From: Neophaeotheca triangularis
Taxonomy: Eukaryota
DNA: 64,000 bases
Direction: 5' to 3'
Assembly (NCBI GenBank): GCA_054600435.1
Contig: BAAIJX010000004.1
Span: 620,001-684,000 of the forward strand
The notes below the pieces were generated by a model. That model was not told the origin of the DNA. It saw only the letters and a program-made list of their open reading frames with translations, and ran no database searches. The translations under genes and the position numbers were made by a program. Positions 60,845 to 64,000 of the stretch are shown one piece after another (positions within the stretch are counted from its first letter, which is position 1; each line of letters starts with the position of its first letter).

Positions 60845-61420
60845 GGTTCAGTACAGCAGCATGTCTCGCTTGCGCTGGTGCTTTGCGAAGCCATTCTTGC
60901 TTGGACCGACCCCGTCGACATTGTCAAAGCGAAATCGGTCTGCAAGACCTTTAGTGCTGTGACCGAGTCTTCAATCATGATCAAGCAAAAGCTCTTCCTC
61001 GTTCCGGGCAAACCTTCACCACGGTTGGCAATTGTAACTGAAGGGCACAAGCGTATGGTGATGACCATCGCGAGAATGATGAAGATGAAATCCGACGGCG
61101 AGACCTTCAAACTCGTCACATTGGTGTAACCTGTGATCTTGAATCCACTTTCACTTCGAGATCTTGGCAGCGGTTCGTTGTCGCATCGCATTGAAAGACT
61201 TCTCATGCCAGACGGTCTTGGGCGAAAATGGCATCGCGACGCCGTTTCGGGCTTTTTGCGAAAAAATCCAGATCACCACGACTTTTGAGCCTACATGGTT
61301 CTTACTTCTCCCTCTATAACCTAAGCTATCTATCACATCATCGGTGTCAGGGACGCCGTCGTTACGGTAGAGAACACGACTGGGTTGAAGTGCTACGACG
61401 TCGACAGCCATGCCAAAAGC
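60845..61420 (+). pseudogene. F-box-like pseudogene, paralog of 62641-63696
   Basis: LCEAIL..PVDIVKAKSVCKTF..SIMIKQKLFLV..LV*PVILNPL (TAA at 61127), then MVLTSPSIT and VENTTGLKCYDV after frameshifts. The paralog has VCEAVL..PIDIVKARVVCKTF..RPVIFNPI..MYLSYPPVT..IENEEGLKWRDI. Confidence 0.78.
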
Positions 61421-62640
61421 CCTTTTATGAGCAAGCGCGGCGCAGGCTACCAATACTTCATTAAGCTGGACAACGCCATCCCAGTAGATGCGAGGGAGAT
61501 GGCGATACTTAAGAGCCAACAAATCATCGAGGTTGGAAAGCGTGACTACTAGTGGAACTCAGATGCCAGGGCGTTCTGTGGTTGCGAGTAAGAACTTCAG
61601 CACGTGCCAATGCACGATAAGGTGAGCAGATAGGGATCGATTGACCTCGGACTCATATCCACAAACCACAGCTTCGTGAACCAGGAGAGTAATCATGACA
61701 GGCTGGGTGGAGGAAGCAGGACCCGCTGGATAAGCAGGGAACAAGTTTGAAATTGAGGTGGCATTCACCGACGCACGATCGGCTCTATCTGCATTGTCGG
61801 CCTTGCGCATTGGGTTTGAGGGCCGGGCGTGCAAGCTTGCAGTGGAAGCAGCTGTTTGTAAAGAATTCAGAGAGCAGTTTTCTTTGAACAATGGTGTGAC
61901 AAGGCATCTCGAGCATTCATGAACTTGGGGAATTGAATGCCGTAGGAGCGGGAGTGGGTTGGCAATGCGTTTCATCTCTCCGTTGGAGTCCCAAGGCTTA
62001 ATCTTCAGCTGTGATGTTATTTTTCGAGTGCAAGTTGCGAATTGTCTTTGTCAAGTTTGTCACGCCTTTCTTTAGTGATTCCGTGCGTGCCAGCCTTTAT
62101 TGTCTGTCTACGTATACTTATCACTGCTCCCAAACCATCCTTACACGCAATTAATACGTCATCCATCATTTTCAAAAGTTTGAATTGCACAGTCTGGTCG
62201 TGAATGCGAATATTTCTCGAAATGGTATAGAAAGGTGCCAAGATTTTCACATTCACTTACGAGAAGCCGCTAAGGGTGGCCCGTGCGCTGGCTGGCCGCC
62301 TACCTACTTGCTGCACACCCTCGATCTCTCGTAATCTGCAACTTCTACTATCTTCACCACACAAAGTGACGAAAAGACTCTCGTCAAGACCTTGTTTCTA
62401 AGCTCTCTTTGGTCTACCATCGTCTCTCTTTACCCATTATCCATCTTGATCTACTCGAGTAGCCTCCCGACCGCACTGCCGGCCGGAGCCTCACGATACC
62501 AAGATCGTCTTCTTTATCCGTATATTTGTCGCTTGAAAAGGGGACAAGCAAGTCGTCACCATCATCCATTAAACATGTATAGAGCGTTTCCGATTCTTCA
62601 ACATAGCTAACCGACAAAGAAGAACAAGTACCCACTAACC

Positions 62641-63696
62641 ATGATGTCGCCCACCGATAAGGCTACCGGCAAATGCAACACTCCAACTATGGAGCGCTCT
62701 ACAGATCGTCGACCCTCCAACGTCCCTCCCCCGAAAGCTGGCAAAGTGCTCTTCACCAAAAAGCCTTTGTCTAAATCTCTCAACGGCACCGTCAATGGGG
62801 CTTACGGAACAACATCTTCCGGCACAAAATCTTCCGGCAGAAAGCCCACGCCAGGCTCCACGATCGAGCCAGCCACCGTAGAGCTCCCCATACGCTGGTC
62901 TGATGTGGCAGGTGCTCGCAAAAGCACTCATCCTGACGTAGCTCCCATCAAGCGCATTCTAGCCATCACCGAAGTCTGCGAGGCTGTGCTGGTTCAGCTT
63001 TCACCGATCGACATCGTCAAAGCCCGCGTAGTCTGCAAAACTTTCCGCGACGTCGTCGATACCTCGCCTACAATCAAGGAGCTACTGTTCCTCGTTCGCG
63101 GCAAAGAAGTGACCCCTTGGGTCTCTGTCAACAACGGCAGCCAATATTACACCGGCAAAAAGGCAGCGGCAACCCTTGCCACTGCGGACAACAAGCCACT
63201 CAAGATCGTTCGCCCTGTCATTTTTAACCCCATCCTTCTTCTCGGCAGTCGCAAGACATTGGGCCTGAAAGATCGCCTCGAGACCCCATACTCACACCAC
63301 CCCGGACGAAACATCACCCTCGGCCTCGACATGCACAAGCAGTGGAAGTGGTCCGGCTCATCGATCGTGTCCGACATGTACCTCAGCTACCCTCCCGTCA
63401 CCAGTATCTTCTACAGCATCCGTGGGACAGTTGAATCCGAGGGCAACGAGAACCGTGGTGGGCTTCCCACGGCTTATGAGACCCAGTTGGCCTCTGGATA
63501 CATTGAGAACGAGGAGGGCCTAAAATGGCGTGACATTAGCCGTGTTGTTGGTGGCACCGTGACATGCTGCGGGGGCAGGATCGATAGATTCTTCGTAATT
63601 GATGGCTTTAGAGTCACGGTGGGGGAGATGGTTGCTGCGGAGAAGGCTGGAGTGATCGATTTGGATGGGGGTAAGGGTGACGAACACCTTAGGTAG
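62641..63696 (+). CDS. F-box-like fungal protein
   Basis: RILAITEVCEAVLVQLSPIDIVKARVVCKTFRDVVDTSPTIKELLFL, FNPILL and DMYLSYPP; 351-aa ORF. Confidence 0.78.
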   Translation: MMSPTDKATGKCNTPTMERSTDRRPSNVPPPKAGKVLFTKKPLSKSLNGTVNGAYGTTSSGTKSSGRKPTPGSTIEPATVELPIRWSDVAGARKSTHPDVAPIKRILAITEVCEAVLVQLSPIDIVKARVVCKTFRDVVDTSPTIKELLFLVRGKEVTPWVSVNNGSQYYTGKKAAATLATADNKPLKIVRPVIFNPILLLGSRKTLGLKDRLETPYSHHPGRNITLGLDMHKQWKWSGSSIVSDMYLSYPPVTSIFYSIRGTVESEGNENRGGLPTAYETQLASGYIENEEGLKWRDISRVVGGTVTCCGGRIDRFFVIDGFRVTVGEMVAAEKAGVIDLDGGKGDEHLR

Positions 63697-64000
63697 TGTA
63701 GCAGTGCTTATACTGTGAGCGTGTCATAGCTTCAATCATCTATGTAAATTCCGTAGCACTCACCCTTTCGCTCCCAACTCATAGCGCCGTAGGGTGCTAC
63801 CATTGCTAGGCGGCTGCGATTAGGTAGTCACGTGACTCTCTTGGCATTCAACTTACGCACGGACACCCCCTGCTTTCTATCCGTTCTAAACCCCTCTCTG
63901 CTGAATCCTACAACCTTTGACTTTGCAAAACATTGACCAATTTGTGAATCTAGCGCCCGCAGGCATATCTTCACGTATTCCGCTCATTAGTGCGACCTGG

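Noticed and set aside
61559..62256. Minus-strand ORFs of 138 and 79 aa between the F-box-like genes
   Set aside because: No recognisable motifs or coding-like codon bias.

Overview
This is gene-dense genomic DNA from a filamentous ascomycete, with short GT..CTRAC..YAG introns. The F-box-like and BTB families suggest a Dothideomycete, which is an inference. About 21 intact protein genes can be supported: GlnRS (5'-truncated by the window), GLTP/HET-C2, IMP2-like peptidase, TMEM184/HFL1, SRF1-like, FAM214/Atos-like, FYV7-like, MCM3, a PLOD-GT-like membrane glycosyltransferase, PTEN/TEP1, a sugar porter, two Zn2Cys6 regulators, an amidohydrolase, a DAL5-type permease, a secreted Cys-rich tandem-repeat protein, LSB6, areB, ACH1 and three F-box-like genes. 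Several decayed genes are also present: an alpha/beta hydrolase, a DHDPS-family aldolase, two F-box-like relics and probably a BTB gene. Five observations stand out. (1) An unannotated structured RNA candidate at about 58.63-58.87 kb has Pol III A/B boxes, a C(UUCG)G hairpin, a poly-T end and an apparent 41-nt spliceosomal intron. (2) A partly pseudogenised nitrogen-catabolic cluster at 28-41.6 kb has a motif-dense divergent promoter. (3) A secreted protein combines 8-Cys modules with Pro/Tyr/Lys repeats. (4) The GlnRS carries two large charged insertions. (5) A dense GATA-site array lies in and upstream of areB. No transposon, rRNA, canonical tRNA or CRISPR array was found. All family assignments come from motif recognition, not database searches.
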